Origin: Octopus sinensis
Lineage: Eukaryota
NCBI RefSeq assembly: GCF_006345805.1
Contig: NC_043006.1
Coordinates: 54,312,001-54,376,000, forward strand
DNA length: 64,000 nt
Direction of reading: 5' to 3'
Shown: one piece after another, positions 51,240-64,000 of the stretch
How positions within the stretch are numbered: the first letter of the stretch is position 1
Layout of the letters: each line of letters begins with the position of its first letter
The notes under the pieces: model-generated
Seen by the model: only the letters and a program-made list of their open reading frames with translations
Database searches by the model: none
Told to the model about the DNA's origin: nothing
Translations under genes and position numbers: made by a program

Positions 51240-53990
51240 GATTTCTTTGACTTCACATACCTGCAAAGTCATGGTGTCAGAGAAAGGGATTATGTTCCTA
51301 GAGAATAATGGCTTGTTAAATGATACTCCTCAGTACAGAAACTGTACTTCTAAGTACTTTCAAGTTTCTGTGGAGCATTACAACCTGATATTGAACTAGC
51401 TGCTCAACCATTTAAATATGATTTATATTGTTATATATGTACATTTTTCAAACGATTTTGAAAAAAGCCACTCATGCATTACACTTCAAACTACTTGATT
51501 TCAACATAGCTACATGGTAGTATAGTTGTGGGACTTTTTAAAATCAGATCTCAAGTTGTTATGACCAATGATACCCCAAAAAGTTAACAATTCTGAGAGA
51601 AGTACCACAGGGACCTGCTGTCTTGGTGTTATTACTGCTACATTAGAGCTCACAGATATACTTTCAGTTATTAGAACATCCACTCCTACTAGATATACTA
51701 GTATATCAAAAGTAACCAAAAATTATGATGATGCCAACAATATATAAAAAGTTTTCAGTGTCATGTAGAAGCTGCTTGATGAAAACAACATGCTATTTAA
51801 TGCTACAAAGTTTCAAATATTCTGTTTTCAACCTTATAACTGTACAATTTGGATACATAGAACTAAGAGAGATTGCTCTATCATATTCACAATCTGTGTA
51901 AGATCTGGGAATTATAAAGAATAATTTATACATTACTTCATGCTTAGCTATACAGAGTAAAACCAAAAGTCACAAAGGGGTTTCAGTGTTTAATTTATTT
52001 AATATCTTCTTTATTTTTTTGTTTTAAATTTACAATAATGTAGCCTCATAATAGATAGGAAATGAATGTACACTAGCTGTGAAAAATTACATCTTGTAAA
52101 TAATATTAATTTGCTGTTTTGCGCTAATGTACCACTTTCAGGGTATTTTCCTTAGTATCTTAGGCTCCTGTGCACTGATTCCAGCCTGAATATTGTTCTT
52201 CAGTTGTTGGAGTGTCTGAGACATATTAACATAGACTTTATCTTTGAAATAGCGCCATAGGAATAAATCAGGGGTCATCAGATCTGGAGAACTTGGCGGC
52301 CAGTTTATATTGCAACTTCAAGAAACTTTTCTTTCCTCAAAAATTTGTCTGAGCAATTGGATTGTCACCTTTGCCGTATGAACTGTCACTCCATTGTGTT
52401 GGAGCCACATGTCATGTTTCTCTTGAATAGTTTGGAATAAGAAATTTTTTTATCATAGTCCAATATTCATCTCCAGTAATAGTGACAGGTGTCCCTACAT
52501 GGTCTTCAAAAAAAGTAAAGTTTACTTACTTTTTCTGCTGTCATCCTACATTGACTGTACACTATGCAATTTCTTTTCTGAAGAAATTCTGAACTCAGAA
52601 CGTACTGACAGACGAAATACTGCTAAGCACTTTGCCTGGCATGCTAACGATTCTAATTAATTAGAATTATGATTCAGTGTTTAGATCATTGTTATGTTTG
52701 ATTTAGTAGACATGATAACCTAAGAAATAGATATAATATTGGATCTACTTTAATGATTTGTACTTTGATCAGAAATACTGTCTGGTGACATCTCAATTAG
52801 ACTTTTTCTTGATCCTGATTTTCTGAATCCTAAATCTTGTAATTGTGTTTTTTAATGAAGCCATTCAAATAAAAATGTGCTTCATCTGTCATTATCAGCT
52901 TGTAGATAAATTTTGGATTTCCTCTTGCTAATTCTTGAAATCTGACTGCATATTGTGTCTGCGGACATAATCTGCTGACTTCAGTACTTGCACTAACTGC
53001 ATCTTATATGGAAACACATTCAAGGTTTTAAGCATATACCCGAGTGATGTCTGGGAGACTCCAACCTGTTTAGACTGCCTTTAAATCAATGGGGTTGGGT
53101 CTTCTGCAACACTCTTCCTTACATGCATAACTATAGCTTTGCTCCTAACTGGGCAATGTCTGCCTATTCATAGAATGTCACTTATTGAATCCTACTTCTC
53201 AAAATTACCAATAAGATATCTTATCCTTGATTCCCTTGGAGAATTTCTCATGTTGTAATGGTGACAATATACTTGTTAGCTTAGTATTATTGATCCTCAT
53301 AATTTCTGTGTGTTGTTTGGTAATGAATTTTTCCATGTTTAATTGTCAAGGTCTTCTTTACAGAATCTGTAAAGAAAAATACAAAACAAAGTAATTAAAA
53401 CTATAAAAAAAATTTAAATTCAGACCCCTTACATGACTTTTGACACATTACCAAGATAGCAACAACATGCAATAGTAACAACAAGCAAATAACTGGCAAG
53501 GTGGATACTGAAGAACGAGACTAAAAGAATTCATGTTACTCCTGTTCTCAATCATTTATGTTATTGACTCCTGCTGTAGTCTTCTTTTAGTTCAATCTGT
53601 GCGGACTGAACTAGATGTAATTCAATGATCTTCCAAGATTTCCTCTCTGCAGCAACTGGAATACTGATAGAACAGTAATGAAGTGAAGAAGCTTGAAACA
53701 TCTAGTAATCTATATCTGGAACAAGCACAGGCAACTTTTTCCAAGAAATGGGCCACATGAGACTTGGTTCATCTTCAAGTGAGCTACATTACTAAAAAAA
53801 TTAAGGTAATTTTTCATTAGGCATGCCATCTAGAAAGTCCCACATACCACAGTTTGCCCATTACCAAAAGTCCCTGGCCTGGCAATGTTGCAGAGGAGCT
53901 TTACTGGTTCGAGATAAGCTCTTTAGACATGGGTTTGTAATCAATTAGTCTTTTCTACTTTCAATTGAATATCTTCAGAAAATTGAGTAA
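51240..53990 (+). mobile_element. Old CR1-like LINE remnant split by a Tc1/mariner insertion
   Basis: VPQG and NNMLFNATKFQ..DLGI before 51950; after 53450 KIATTC...WILK, which parallels the 30191 ORF. Confidence 0.55.
51949..53450 (-). mobile_element. Decayed Tc1/mariner transposon (pseudogenised transposase, rosa/DD41D-like motifs)
   Basis: TDEAHFYLNG, MWLQHNGVTVHTAK and NWPPSSPDLMTPDLFLWRYFKDKVY on the minus strand; degenerate TIRs CAAAAGTCA..AAGGGGT at ~51964 and ~53424-53442. Confidence 0.85.
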
Positions 53991-54096
53991 TCACCAATTA
54001 TTTATTTGATCTTTTTTCACTTTTTTGCTCACTTAAAGTAACTGCCTTTTCCTTGTAGTTTTTCATGTCAGCTGGTTTATTGCATGAAAAACAGCC

Positions 54097-54303
54097 TTAA
54101 CCCTTTCGTTACCAACCTGGCTGAAACTGGCTCTGACTCTGTAGTACAAATGTCTTGTTTTCTTAAGTTTCAAATTAAAATCTTCCACCAAACCTTAGTC
54201 ACAGTTTATGTTCCTAACACTAGCTTAATGATAACAAAGTTATTTTACTAAATTCTCTGTTATATTTAAAATTAATTGAATGAAACACAGAGCATCTCAA
54301 ATA
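54097..54303. mobile_element. TTAA-flanked MITE-like element
   Basis: TTAACCCTTTCGTTACC terminus; inverted relative to the 50675 copy. Confidence 0.7.
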
Positions 54304-54527
54304 ACAATCGTAGTGTCTTAATCATTATCTTTTATTAATCTTTTAATACTTTTGATATATATTTAAAATAATTTAAATTAATTAATTTTATGTATTGGCT
54401 TAAGTTTTTCATTGTTTGATTTGCCTAATAGTGGTTTTATCTCTAATTTAATATAGTATAATATTTTACTATAAAATTGAATTCAATCCTAAATCTGATT
54501 TTTCCCTGTAAGTTTGGATTTATTCCC

Positions 54528-54570
<43 letters not shown>

Positions 54571-54589
54571 AATATTTTATATATATATA

Positions 54590-54644
<55 letters not shown>

Positions 54645-54801
54645 TATATATACACACACAAGCTTAACATTCAGATGTGCATATCATGTGTACAAATATA
54701 CTTTTATACATATATAGGCATTAATATGTACAGATTATGTATCTAAATATCGTATGTTTATAGTCATTTACACACACATATAAATACATACAAACTTACA
54801 T

Positions 54802-54833
<32 letters not shown>

Positions 54834-55975
54834 TAAGCAGTGGAAGAAGGGTAGCAATGCAAAGCTCAGCATCAGATGTTTTATGCCATTCTAAACCTTC
54901 CCCATCCTAAACCTCACCCTCATCCTTCATTAATACCCAGCTGTGAATCTTACCTCAAGCCTTCTCACATTGCAACATCCTAACCATCTCTTCACCACCA
55001 CCACCATCAGCATCATACTATACATCCCCATCATGAAACATCATTTTCACTACAATTCTTCCAGCCCTGCTTGTCTACCTATTTCAACCACCAGAAATAC
55101 TATCTCTTTCTTCGTGGTACATTGACATTGTAACCCTTATTTGTCTCCATGATCTGACTGTCCTTCGGCTGTTAACGCAGCTATCACAGTCACCCCTTCA
55201 CCAAATTAACCCTTAAAATGCAATTAACCACTGCTTGGTGGAATGTACTGGATGTTCCTTAATTAAGCAAAGGTATGGTATATAGGGAACAATAGATTTG
55301 TAGGTCACAGAGCTGACCTGGGACTACACTACAACATCAACTATCATCACACTGAGCCAAATAATGAGCCTATGCATGGTTGTTCATCTTGCTAAAAATA
55401 GCAGCCAAATCTCCCTGAAACCATTCCCACAATATTACAAAATGGAAAGCTATATTAGATTGTGTACACATAGATACATAGTAAACAGACAGGATTATTA
55501 TAACTGGAATGGTTTTAATTATAGGTTTGTTGTATCTGCTTTGACTTGAGGGTTAATTGACAATAGCAACTATAAACCTAGTAAAGTATTCAAATATTGT
55601 CACTAGACATGCTCACTGAGATAGTTCAATGTCATTCAAAGAACTTCCCACCACCCAACATTGTGGACAACACATTTCAGATGTGAATGTTTGGACAGTT
55701 ACAAAGTAATGATCACAGCTAAGACAGTGACAGAAACATCCTCCAATCAGCTATCTCTAAAAATTGAGGTGTAGCCAGAGTTATTCAGCTATTACTGTTG
55801 TCTTGGCTGCTGTTGCTACTATTACTATTACTGTTGCACACACCACCAACACCATCATCATTACTCTTCACCACACTGTTGCATTATCACTTCCATCCTG
55901 TAAACTCATTGCTATCAATTATCACAAGCCATTAAGGGAACTTGTGTGTGGTTGCTAGAAATAGCCAAACCATCT

Positions 55976-56350
55976 TTAATCCTTCAGCTTATCCAGCCCA
56001 AATATTCTGTCTGTTTTATATTCGAAACAGCCAGATCCAACCTGTCACACCTACCTTACAATGTCATTCTAAAAATAAACAATCATATCATTAAAATCTC
56101 AAAGCTACATGATAATAGATGAATAATTCAAGATAATGTGAGTAAATAAGCATTACATTCGACAGTAATCTAAATACTAAAGAGTTAACCCTTTAGCATT
56201 TTAGCGGACCATATCTAGCCTAAATATTCTGCCTCTTTCATGTGTTCAAAATAGCCAGATATAGCTGGTTACACCTGCCCTACAATATTGCTCTAAAAAT
56301 AAGCAATCACATTATCAAGATCTCAAAGCTACAAAATAATGCACAATTAA
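55976..56350 (+). mobile_element. Two tandem piggyBac-like MITE copies sharing a TTAA at 56185-56188
   Basis: AATACTAAAGAG-TTAA-CCCTTTAGCATT junction; internal sequence repeated. Confidence 0.65.
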
Positions 56351-56512
56351 TTCTAAACAGTTTCTTATCTTTTACTTGTTTCAGTCATAAGACTGCAGCC
56401 ATGCTGGGGCAATACCTTGAGAAATTTCTCTCTCTCTCACACACACACACTCACACACATACACACTTTTATATGTTTGAAATAGGCTTCTTCCAGTTTC
56501 CATTTATGAAAT

Positions 56513-58050
56513 CCAGGTAGATGGCCTTGCTCAATCTGTAGAAAAGGCATAGGTAGAAACTCCATAAGATGTACCCAGTGTAAGCTATGGACACAATATC
56601 AAAGGAAGGTTAACTGGGAAGATAGATTTTGTATGTGGCAAATGCTCATGTGCTATAAACACTGAAAATGTGCAGAGAACAGCTTCTGTCACATTCCAGG
56701 GAGAAAAACTACAAGTAGTTGATAGCTTCCGTTACCTAGGGGACCAAGTCACCAGCAGGGGTGGATGCTCAGAAAATGTAGCTGCTAGAATCAGTATAGC
56801 CTGGGCAAAGTTCAGAGAGCTCCTACCTCTGCTGGTGACAAAGGGCCTCTCACTCAGAGTAAAAGGTAGACTGTATGATGCACGTGTACGAACAGCCATG
56901 TTACATGGCAGTGAAACATGGGCCGTGACTGCTGAGGACATGTATAAGTTGGCAAGGAATGAAACCAGTATGCTCCGCTAGATGTGTAATGTCAGTGTGC
57001 ATACACGACAGAGTGTAAGCTCCCTGAGAGAAAAGTTAGATTTAAGAAGCATTGGATGTGGTGTACAAGAGAGATGATTGGGCTGGTATGGTCATGTGTT
57101 GCGAATGAAAGAGGACAGCTGTGTGAAAAAGTGTGACACCCTAGCAGTTGAGGGAACCTGCGGAAGAGGTAGACCCAGGAAGATCTAGGATGAGGTGGTG
57201 AAGCACGACCTTCGAACATTAGGCCTTACCAAGGCAATGACTAGTGACTGAGACCTTTGGAGATATACTGTGCTTGAGAACAATCGAAAAGACAAGTGAG
57301 ACCATAGCCCATGGCCAATGCCAGTGGGTGTAACCAGCCACTTATGAGTACCCCTCATTCATTGGACAATAAACTTTGCTTGTGAAGACCTATTGAGGCA
57401 AGTGAAATCAAAATTAAAATCCAAATCGCTGACGTGGCCAATGACAGTATCGCCGGATTGGCACTCATGCCAGTGGAATGTTAAAAGCACATCTGAGCAT
57501 GGGGTGTAACCAGCCCACTTATGTGTATCCCTCATTCATTGGACAATAAACTTTACTTGCGAAGACTTATTAGGTAAGTGAAATCAAATTGAAATTACTG
57601 ACGTGGCCAATGACAGTACCACCTGATTGGCACTTGTGCCAGTGGAGCATGATCATTGCCAGGGCCATGGATTGGCTCCCGTGCCGGTGGCATGTAAAAG
57701 GCACCCTTCGAGTGTGATCGTTGCCAGTGCACATGTGAAAACAACATTCAAGTGTGGTCGTTGCCAGTGCTGCGGGACTGGCTCCTGTGCAAGTAGCATG
57801 TAGAAAACACCTTTTGAGTGTGGTCGTTGCTGGAACTGCCTGACTAGCTCTCATACCGATGGCATGTAAAAGCACCCACTACACTCTTGGAGTGTTTGGT
57901 GTTAGGAAGGGCATCCAGCTGTAGAAACTTTGCCAGATCAAATTGAGCCTGGTGCAGTCTTCTGGCTCACCAGTCCCCAGTCAAACTGTCCAACGCATGC
58001 CAGCATGGAAAGTGGACGTTAAATGATGACGACGACGATGATGATGATGA
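56513..58050 (+). mobile_element. 5'-truncated RTE LINE (same family as 31973)
   Basis: ORF 56670-56981 VDSFRYLGDQV...KGRLYDARVRTAMLHGSETW; repeat-rich UTR; (GAT)n tail. Confidence 0.92.
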
Positions 58051-58324
58051 TATATATATATTTATATATATATATGTATGTATGTATGTATCTATTTGTG
58101 TATCTGTGTTTGTCCCCCCACCATTGCTCGGCAACCGATGGTGGTGTGTTTGCGTCTCATATTTTAGTAGTTTGGCTAAAGTGACTGATAGAATAAGTAC
58201 CTGGCTTACAAAGAATAAGTCCTGGAGTCAATTTATTCAACTAAAGGTGGTGCTCCAGCACGGCCACAGTCAAATGACTGAAACAAATAAAAGAAAAGAA
58301 TAAGTGTATACACATCTTTAAGAT

Positions 58325-58735
58325 GAGCAAATATGGTGAGCTAGCAAAGCAGCTGGGGAGTGAGGGTTACTAACGTACTGTGAAGCCAGTTGAAGTTGGA
58401 TCAAGAGGATTCATGGCCACATCAACCTGTTGGCTACTTGGGTATCAAAGGCCGCAGAAGAACTGCCACAATCAAATGCTTGTTGATGTTGCTGAAAAGA
58501 GCTCACTGTGGATAAGGGCGAAGAGGAATGATGAATGGACCAGTGGCTTGATGGGCTGCAACAGAAACCTAGGAACAAAAGAACACCTCAGGTTCAAATT
58601 CTGCTGAAGAGAGGATTTTGGAAGGTAGCAGGAGGCCACCTACGAGTCATGACCTGTGTAGACCCGGCTCCTGTAGAGTTTCAGGTATAAGGGCCAAAAC
58701 ACTTGTCAGATGGGAGTTCCTCCTCTGAATATCTC
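58325..58735 (+). mobile_element. 3' end of a HERO/NeSL-like element (restriction-like endonuclease C-terminus)
   Basis: KYGEL......GY....PVEVGSRGF...AEKSSLWI..KR...W. Confidence 0.7.
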
Positions 58736-58835
58736 TTCTGCTTTGTGGCAAGTTTCTGTTATTTACTTTTGACACATTTATGTATTTGTTTTGCACAGTT
58801 CTTGATGTGAAAACATGTGATGAGACAGATATTGC

Positions 58836-59096
58836 TATACTTGGGGAAGGTCATCTTTTGCCAATTAAACTCATTATTTATTTGATTTTCACTTTAGCTT
58901 TATCAGTATTATTTCTATCAAAGGTCTTTTGTCACACATTCTGGGAGTTTTTCAGTGACTCTCTGTCCTATGTGTCTCCCCTTGGATTGCCTATTCCATG
59001 GGACAGTGAGTTGCTGAAGCAGTCACAGAATGTGTGATAAAAGATCAAACATATAGTGTGTTTAATTAGCAAAAGATGACCACCCCCAAGTATAAT
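58836..59096. repeat. Imperfect hairpin, ~100-bp arms with a ~40-bp insertion in the left arm
   Basis: TATACTTGGGGAAGGTCATCTTTTGCCAATTAAAC vs GTTTAATTAGCAAAAGATGACCACCCCCAAGTATA. Confidence 0.8.
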
Positions 59097-59117
59097 AATA
59101 TGTGTGTATATATTCAG

Positions 59118-59175
<58 letters not shown>

Positions 59176-59297
59176 GCATAAACAGAGTCTGATAGATACA
59201 TGGCGTATTTTATAAATATGCCTTTTCAAGTATAATAATAGCATGAAAGCTCTTTTGATTGTGTATTTAATTTGATCTATCTATCTATCTATCTATT

Positions 59298-59552
59298 TTA
59301 AGCTACCTCCTGTACAATATTGGATGCCCTGCTGGTTTCTGATTGCTCTAGTGATTCTGAATCCCTTACTCTTCTCATGTTGGCTATATTAGATGCTTAT
59401 TCAGGTGTTTCTAATGCCCTTTTGCTCCTCTTTGTAAGAGCATTTGATGCTCTCCTGGATGCAGCTTGTTCAGGAGTTTAAAGGTTCCTAAGTATTTGCA
59501 TACTCTCAGCATTAGAAGCTCTCCTGGCTGCCATTTGATCTGGGTTTATTTC
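59298..59552 (-). pseudogene. Decayed 69-bp (23-aa) STPR-like repeat, probably from a Helitron RepHel N-terminus
   Basis: NPDQMAARRASNAESMQILRNL / *TPEQAASRRASNALTKRSKRAL / ETPE*-----ASNIANMRRVRDS / ESLEQSETSRASN. Confidence 0.6.
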
Positions 59553-59751
59553 GATTATTCCCAAATATATTTCCAAGTTATCAAAATTGTTATATTAATA
59601 TGCTAATACCTATGTAGTTATGTAGGTACGTACCTGTTGTGTGTGTCACACTTAGTTGAAAGGAAAAGGTAAAAAGAGAGAAATGAAACTTGCTAAGCAG
59701 AAGAAGTATAGTTGAAGTAAGAGGCAGAGTGGCAAAGAATAGGGAGGAGAA

Positions 59752-60648
59752 AAGTGTAGGTAGAAACTCCATATGCTGTACCCAGTGTAAGCTATGGACA
59801 CATAAGAGGTGCAGCAACATCAAAGGAAGATTAACCGAAAAGATAGCTTTCCTGTGCGGCAGATGCATAGGGGCAATAGACATCACAGATGCTTAGAAAA
59901 CAGATTCCATCACACTCCAGGGTGAGAAACTAAAAGTAGTTGATAGCTTCCACTACCTAGGTGACCAAGTTAGTAGTGGATGCTCAGAGAATGTTACCAC
60001 TAGAATAAGAATAGCCTGGGCAAAGTTTAGAAAGCTTCTACCCCTACTGGTGACAAAGGGTCTCTCGCTCAGAATGAAAGGTAGATTGTACGATGCATGT
60101 GTGCGAACTGCCATGCTTCACAGCAGTGAAACATGGGCCGTGACTGCAGAGGCTCGAAAGAAATGAAGCTAGCATGATCTGCTGGATGTGTAATGTAATT
60201 ATGCACACACAACAGAGTGTAAGTGCCCTGAGAGAAATGTTGGACATAAGAAGCATTGGATGTGGCATGCAAGAGAAACGTTTGTGCTGTTATGGTCATG
60301 TACTATGGATGGATGGGGAGAGATGTGTGAAGAAGTGCCACTCCCAAACAGTTGAAGGAATCTGGGGTAGAGGTAGACCCAGGAAGACATGGGATGTGGA
60401 GGTCAAGCATGACCTTCGAACATTGGGCATCACAGGGGCAATGACGAAAGACTGGCTTCTGTGCCGGTGGCACATAAAAACCACCCACTACACTCACGGA
60501 GTAGTTGGCATTAAGAAGGGCATCCAGCTGTAGAAACGCTGCCAGATCAGACTGGAGCCTGGTGCAGCCTCCTGGCTTCCCAGACCCCGGTCGAACCATT
60601 CAATCCATGCTAGCATGGAAAACGGACGTTAAATGATGATGATGATGA
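59752..60648 (+). mobile_element. 5'-truncated RTE LINE with internally deleted 3' UTR
   Basis: CTQCKLWTHKRC, GRGRPRKTW, tail with (GAT)n. Confidence 0.9.
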
Positions 60649-60739
60649 TACTAAATTTGTAAATTTGTTCATGGTGGAGTGCATTTCATTTTTTAAATTG
60701 AAGAGGGGTATGGGACAAAAATGGTTAAGAAACACTGCT

Positions 60740-61219
60740 CTAGGGATATTGGAGAGGAAGAGAGACAGAAAGACAGTCAGAGAAAAAGAGAGGGAGAGAG
60801 ATAGAGAGATGGACAGAGAGAGATTGTTGTATAGATGTGTCTGTGTGTCCTATGTGATGGACTTATCACTGTGCCTTTCGAGAGAGATACTGAGAAGAGA
60901 GTGAAAGTCTGAGTGAGATGTTGTGTGTACATGTCTGTGCGATGGACGTAGCTGTGTGTTCCTCTAGAGATACAGAGGAGAGGGAGAGAGAGAGAGAGAA
61001 AGAGAAGTGAGGGAGGAGGTACATTATTGTGCAGACATGTCTATTTCTGTGTCCATAGTGAGGCAGCCGAGTAAATACAGAAGAAATACAGAATATGTAA
61101 ACATATAATCAAAATAACATTAGATAAATAATAATAAAAAAAAAAAGCTAAAAAATATACAAAAGCGATAACAAAAAAACAGAAACAAGCATGCATGCAT
61201 CTCCACACATATACACATT

Positions 61220-61253
<34 letters not shown>

Positions 61254-62300
61254 CCATGCATATGCTTTACACATAATGGCACATGGCATATTATCCCCTT
61301 CACCTCTTACTTAACAACACCCCTCTGTGTACCCCCACACTCTCAGCACCCACCCTGTCGTCAGCACCTTACCAGTTCTTGCCTACTTAATAATACCCAC
61401 CCATCCATTCACAACCAACACTATCATCATTATCATCATCAGTCATCATCATCATCACCATCATCACCACTGTTGTCTTATTCACCAACACCACCTTCCC
61501 CCTCCACTCCACCACCAATGCTGCCGGCTTCCCTCTTCTGCTGAAAAAGAACCCCCCCATTACTCCCCCTACCCCCGCCCTTTCTTTTTCCTTTGTCTTC
61601 TCACTCCCTCCATTCTTCAGTTGGAATGCTCTAGTCCTGCCTCTGCCTCACACTGCTCTCCATCTCACCACCCACCTACACACATGCACATAGATGCACA
61701 TGCAAAGCTTGTCAACCTCGCCACCTCTGCCGCCCCTTTCCTCCTCACAAAAACATGGAGGCAGCAACACGACCGCCATCACCAACACCACCACCCCACC
61801 CTCGCCCCTTCCGTAACATACCCTTCCACTAATCCCCCCCCACTACTGCTACTACTACTACACTCGGGCCACAATCCTTACATCGCCCTTCCACCACCTA
61901 GATCCTTATACGCGTGCCCTCACCCTTCTTATCTTCTTTCTTTCTTTCTTTCTCTCCTCTCCCCCTACTTCTCTACTAAAACTGTACCACTGTCAATAAT
62001 GAATGCAAAAACAACAACAAAAACGATTGTTGTTGTTTCTGCTGTTGCTAATGCAGTTTTTTATGCAACTGTCCCTTGTTTTACATAGTTGTGTTTTTTT
62101 GCTGTTGTTGTTAATGCAGCTGTTGCAGCTAGATCTGTTATTGGTATCATTGTTGTTCTTAGTGTTGTAGTGTTACTGCTGTTGTTGTTATTACTTACTT
62201 ATCAGTTATTGTTGCTTGTGTAGCTTAAGCTACTGTTGCAGCCTAACCCCACCCACCCACCCCACCCATTTAGCTGCATTTAAGCAGACATATATCATGT
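60740..62300. repeat. (GA)n, (CA)n, (CAT)n, C-rich and (GTT)n low-complexity region
   Basis: Seen directly. Confidence 0.8.
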
Positions 62301-62599
62301 TTGTTAACCAATCAAATACTTGAGGACATCCCATAGTCCTTAACATTCCCTCCTGTCCCCTTGCTACCATACAATTATTATTAGTTGTTATTGTAGTGCA
62401 GTCAAACTCAGGTCATGTCAAATGTTGTTTTCATATCCAACTTGTTGTTGTTGTTAAGCAACAAGCCGGGTAAGGGTGATTAGGTGATGGTCTAGTGCTT
62501 AGAGGTGGGAGACCCCAGACCATGGAAAAAAAAAAATTTTTGGTCATCTTGTTGTAGTTGAGGGCTCTTCGTTGACTCTCGGCACCACTGGGAGGTTAG

Positions 62600-62885
62600 T
62601 TAGTTTTTTTGCTCAAAAAGCAAAAAGCAAGGCCATGTAGGGGGACATGGAGTTATGTACAGGGTAGTGTTCATGTAAAGAGTTCAGGCCACTTGTGGTC
62701 AAGGGAGACTTTGAACCGAGCGGTCGTTGGCATCTTCACCATCTCGTCCGGCAGCTTATTCCACGGATCCACAACCCGGACGGAGAAAGCCCCTCTCCTT
62801 CGATTGAGATGAAATCGTCGCAGATAGAGCTTTTCAGAATGGCCCTCAAAGTCGCTGGAAATGGAGATCTCCAGGTCCAAATTCT
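62600..62885 (-). mobile_element. CR1/L2-group LINE 3' end
   Basis: GHSEKLYLRRFHLNRRRGAFSVRVVDPWNKLPDEMV....ARFKVSLD. Confidence 0.85.
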
Positions 62886-64000
62886 TGAATGGCTGCTGTT
62901 GTTGTTGGCAGCAGCAGTATTGTTGCTTTTGTGACTTTTAGTTGCAGTTGTTACTGTTGCAGCCTGCATTTCTTGTTCCTGCTGTTATTACTGTTGTTTA
63001 GCACCAGATCAGGCAGTTCAGTTCTGATTGGCCTGTCTTTTACTCAGACTGTCCAATGTATTCTTTGAGGAAGATTTAGCAGGCCTATTGACTGGCGTTG
63101 TTGCTACATTGTATGAGCTCTACAAGACCAACAGACTTTATATCACACATACAGCTATTAGATCAGCTATACTAACCATGGTCATCTTCAATATCTTACT
63201 GGTCAGTTGTCCGAAAACCTTAGATGCCAAACTTGTAGGTTTCCATTTTGGATTTGATGAACATGTAAAACTTATCTCACTACTGAATTTTCCAGCATAC
63301 AAGTTAAATTTTTCAGATCAAAATCTACAGTTAAGAAAGCTATGTCAACTTATACACCAAGACAACTTTGGAGGACCAAAAAAGTGCATGGAGGCACAGG
63401 TGCAAAAGCATGGGCGTGCATGCGCGCATGCATGCGTGTGTGTGTTTGTGCACATCATCAACAGTTTTATGTCCGTTCTTCATTACTGATATGGTTTACA
63501 CTCCGTGTTTACACCATATACTATGTTGACTTGTGTGCGGAAAATACGGTAGTTTATGCGGTTGTTGTTTAGCCCAAGGTCAAACCTCATCCAACTGACC
63601 CTAGCCCTATGATTAAAATCACTCCAGCTGTTACAATTCCATCTTTTTTTTTTTTTTTTATATATCTTATCTAGAATTACATTATCCAATTTTAAAATAA
63701 AAAAAAAATAATACAAACAAAACAGTAGGTTGTAGTATGAAAGAGATTTTGGCTGATATTTCTTGCATGTTGAAAAATTGCATAGAAATCTCTGTCATTA
63801 GCTTGTTGCTGCTGGTGTTACAGATGTATGTGGTTCGTGCCATCAGTCGAGAGCCTTGCTTATTGGTTCTGTTAGTCCATCCCCATCCTCCTTCCCTGCC
63901 TCTGTACCGTAGTGCAGCCACGTGCTGTCTGTCTGCAGCTGATTGTTGTTACGGCAGGCAAGCCTGGCAAGGCATGGAGCTGAAACACAGACAGACAGAA

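Noticed and set aside
58799-58860. Next TRIT1 exon candidate (TTTTGCACAG then VLDVK...)
   Set aside because: Phase fits, but there is no RL..RV..M...GL..E motif and it runs into a hairpin repeat
61327-62088. 253-aa His/Pro-rich ORF
   Set aside because: C-rich low-complexity sequence; no recognisable domain

Overview
AT-rich, microsatellite-dense eukaryotic genomic DNA. The repeat families and composition fit an Octopus genome (inference, not database-checked). I can support one host gene: three + strand exons of tRNA dimethylallyltransferase (TRIT1/Mod5/MiaA family) at 12241-12331, 17791-18283 and 40595-40737, joined by phase-compatible GT-AG introns of 5.5 and 22.3 kb. I found no other TRIT1 exons, so the rest of the window is probably intronic. 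It is filled with tRNA-derived SINEs, truncated RTE, CR1/L2, R4/Dong and HERO-like LINEs, a decayed Tc1/mariner, Helitron-like and TTAA-flanked MITE-like elements, hairpins and local duplications. Nearly all ORFs in the supplied track are microsatellite or repeat artefacts. I see no prokaryotic-type system (CRISPR, operon) and no clearly new biological system. The best leads are a ~170-aa NLS-bearing insertion in TRIT1 with possible in-frame alternative acceptors, a PHD finger inside the RTE ORF, an STPR-repeat fossil, a SINE/LINE shared 3' tail, and antisense SINEs carrying ready-made splice sites. Exon boundaries were counted by base; repeat boundaries are approximate.
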